DNA from: Proteobacteria bacterium SG_bin7
GTDB lineage: Bacteria > Bdellovibrionota > Bdellovibrionia > Bdellovibrionales > SG-bin7
DNA length: 64,000 nucleotides
Direction of reading: 5' to 3'
Assembly (NCBI GenBank): GCA_002083485.1
Contig: LWDK01000036.1
Coordinates: 36,680 to 100,679, forward strand
The translations under genes and the position numbers were made by a program. This document shows, one piece after another, positions 62,721-64,000 of this stretch. The first letter of the stretch is position 1. Every line of letters starts with the position of its first letter. The notes beneath the pieces were generated by a model. The model was not told the origin of the DNA, did not search any database, and worked only from the letters and a program-made list of their open reading frames with translations.

Positions 62721-63556
62721 TTTTATTTTTTACTTTTAGTTTTCAATTGGTACGCGCAGAAGAAGAAATTGCGGACTTACGCCTACCTTCTTCTATCAAT
62801 GTGGATTTGACATCCGACTCCAATAAAAATACCAGCTCCGCAATTTTTGCTGATCTTGGTTTAGCCAGCGGCAAAAGATTTTTAATTGGGGCTAGCCGCT
62901 CGACGTCTGGCGATCCAACAACCGGTTATAACCCCAGCGGGATCACAATAGGTTTAGGAACTGACCCTCTAGAAACTTGGACTTATACCTTTATGATTAA
63001 CACCTGGAGGATTCCTGACGAAGTCTCAGCAAATTCTCTTTCGATGAGTGCAAAGTACCTGGCTGACAAATGGGACATACAGGGCTCACTCCGCTTTCGC
63101 AAAATAATCGGTACGCTCGCCATACCGACTAGGACTGAATTTATGGTTACAAATACAGCGCTGATTTTAAGTTTTAATTACTACCTCAATAAAAGATGGT
63201 CGCTATTTATGTCTATCGAGACGGACGGCTACGACAATCGCTTACAGCGACTAAAATCGAACATCGACATCGTCACCGCTTTGGCACCAAATTTCGGAAC
63301 AATGTCACAATCGTTTCTGCAAAGCCTTGGAGTCATCGAGGTTCTTTATAGTCTTTCTAAATGGGCGTTTGCACTGGAGTCCCAATCTGGTAAAACCGCA
63401 ATCTCACAGAGTTCTTTTATCACCACAACAACGCGCATCTCATACCGTTTTAACAAAGTATTTTCTTTAGAAGTCTCAGGCGGAAATACAAAAGATGTTG
63501 AAGACACCTACGGCACAATTCGTTTTGGAGGGATTGCCGGCACGTTCTCATTTTAA
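62693..63556 (+). CDS. Hypothetical outer-membrane beta-barrel protein
   Basis: ATG 62693 (MRYFVSAILILFFTFSFQLVRAEE signal peptide), an alternating strand pattern, and a terminal ...IAGTFSF. It overlaps the patatin gene by 28 nt. Confidence 0.6.
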   Translation: MRYFVSAILILFFTFSFQLVRAEEEIADLRLPSSINVDLTSDSNKNTSSAIFADLGLASGKRFLIGASRSTSGDPTTGYNPSGITIGLGTDPLETWTYTFMINTWRIPDEVSANSLSMSAKYLADKWDIQGSLRFRKIIGTLAIPTRTEFMVTNTALILSFNYYLNKRWSLFMSIETDGYDNRLQRLKSNIDIVTALAPNFGTMSQSFLQSLGVIEVLYSLSKWAFALESQSGKTAISQSSFITTTTRISYRFNKVFSLEVSGGNTKDVEDTYGTIRFGGIAGTFSF

Positions 63557-63709
63557 AGTACCTAACTAACTGAAATTGTGTCAGTAATGGTATCAAAACA
63601 CCCCCAAATTATCTGGTATGTAGCTTGCAATTTTTCCATATAGGGGTTTACCGGGCTCATTTCGGTAACCTTATGGCTCCATAAAAGAGCCAAAAGAAGG
63701 GGGCGGAGA

Positions 63710-64000
63710 ATGAGCGAACTTGATCTTTCTAAAAAGGTAGCTTTACTCGCGAAATCACAAAATATTACGCAAAAGCAAATCGCTGAGCACTGCGAGATTT
63801 CTCGCATCACCGTGCACCGTTTTTTCTCTGGAAAAACAGAGGTTCGCTCATCTGATTTCGTAAAGATGCTAGAACTTATGGGCATTAATATTTCGGGACA
63901 GTTAGAGAATCGCCTGTCGAATGGCTTATCTAATGGAAGTACGACTCTACCTTCTCATAGCTCTGACCCTGTATTTGAAGACATCGCGGTCGTATTAAAT
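63710..64000 (+). CDS. XRE/Cro-family helix-turn-helix regulator (3-prime end beyond window)
   Basis: My own translation gives MSELDLSKKVALLAKSQNITQKQIAEHCEISRITVHRFFSGKTEVRSSDFVKMLELMGINISG..., preceded by AAGGGGG. The frame is open to base 64000. The track ORF 63562..63885 (-) is its antisense shadow. Confidence 0.7.
   Translation, partial: MSELDLSKKVALLAKSQNITQKQIAEHCEISRITVHRFFSGKTEVRSSDFVKMLELMGINISGQLENRLSNGLSNGSTTLPSHSSDPVFEDIAVVLN

Noticed and set aside
59403-63556. I considered an anti-phage defence island (CBASS-like), because a patatin lipase, a kinase and an AAA+ ATPase sit together.
   Set aside because: There is no cyclase/nucleotidyltransferase, no SMODS/SAVED/TIR or other sensor. 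The kinase is a clear SrkA/YihE housekeeping type, the AAA+ is a decayed Clp-D2 fragment, and the patatin has the RssA-like C-terminal region rather than a CapV-like context.
63643-63691. Two adjacent small hairpins (TTACCG-N9-CGGTAA and GGCTC-N7-GAGCC) between the OM-barrel gene and the XRE gene, considered as a terminator or small RNA.
   Set aside because: The stems are only 5-6 bp with no U-tract, and they sit in the 5-prime leader of the XRE gene. This is not distinguishable from chance structure.
1-64000. I scanned for rRNA, tRNA, tmRNA, CRISPR arrays, IS elements or transposases, integrases, phage genes, and long direct or inverted repeats.
   Set aside because: I saw no tRNA-like T-loop/acceptor patterns, no spaced short repeats, no transposase or integrase motifs and no long terminal repeats by eye. 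An exhaustive computational scan (tRNAscan-SE, Infernal, ISEScan, CRISPR finders) is still needed to be certain.

Overview
This is an AT-rich bacterial chromosomal segment (my impression is about 40-45% GC; I did not compute it). It is densely coding and unusually rich in signal-transduction genes. The gene content and a recurring FQNC lipobox suggest a Bdellovibrio-like predatory bacterium, but that is inference only.

Layout:
- 1-15.9 kb: one co-directional minus-strand chemosensory supercluster. In order it encodes an MCP, CheW, a CheY-like protein, CheA, CheR, REC-CheA, Hpt-CheW, CheD-REC-pseudoCheB, CheB, and then an HK/REC/Hpt/REC-DHp phosphorelay and a membrane PAS kinase.
- 16-23 kb: a porin, CBS-domain proteins with a P-loop NTPase, and a 6-gene operon ending in a beta-CASP metallo-beta-lactamase gene that appears to start at CTG.
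- 23.4-28.9 kb: an H-NOX (NO/O2 haem sensor) plus hybrid kinase phosphorelay with a REC-PilZ-like protein, an Hpt protein, an OmpR-type regulator and a membrane-anchored receiver.
- 29-38 kb: a secreted HExxH protein, a CBS protein, an HPF-like factor, a beta-carbonic anhydrase with a SulP transporter, a fatty-acid hydroxylase and a DedA-flavoprotein fusion.
- 38-43 kb: a Usp-LdhA-CcoN-CcoO/P-CcoS-like low-oxygen operon.
- 43-50 kb: an NtrC-type activator, two PAS kinases and a receiver, located upstream of a strong sigma-54 promoter candidate that drives two secreted proteins.
- 50.5-56.6 kb: a TPR-winged-helix regulator divergent from a LamG lipoprotein and two tandem beta-helix lipoproteins.
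- 57-64 kb: an orphan sugar aminotransferase, a decayed Clp-like AAA+ gene, SrkA, a patatin gene with an overlapping OM barrel gene, and a truncated XRE regulator.

I found no rRNA, tRNA, CRISPR array, IS element or prophage. The most novel-looking item is the chemosensory cluster, especially the CheD-REC-degenerate-CheB fusion and the split or multiple CheA arrangement. All family assignments come from reading motifs by eye; no searches were run.
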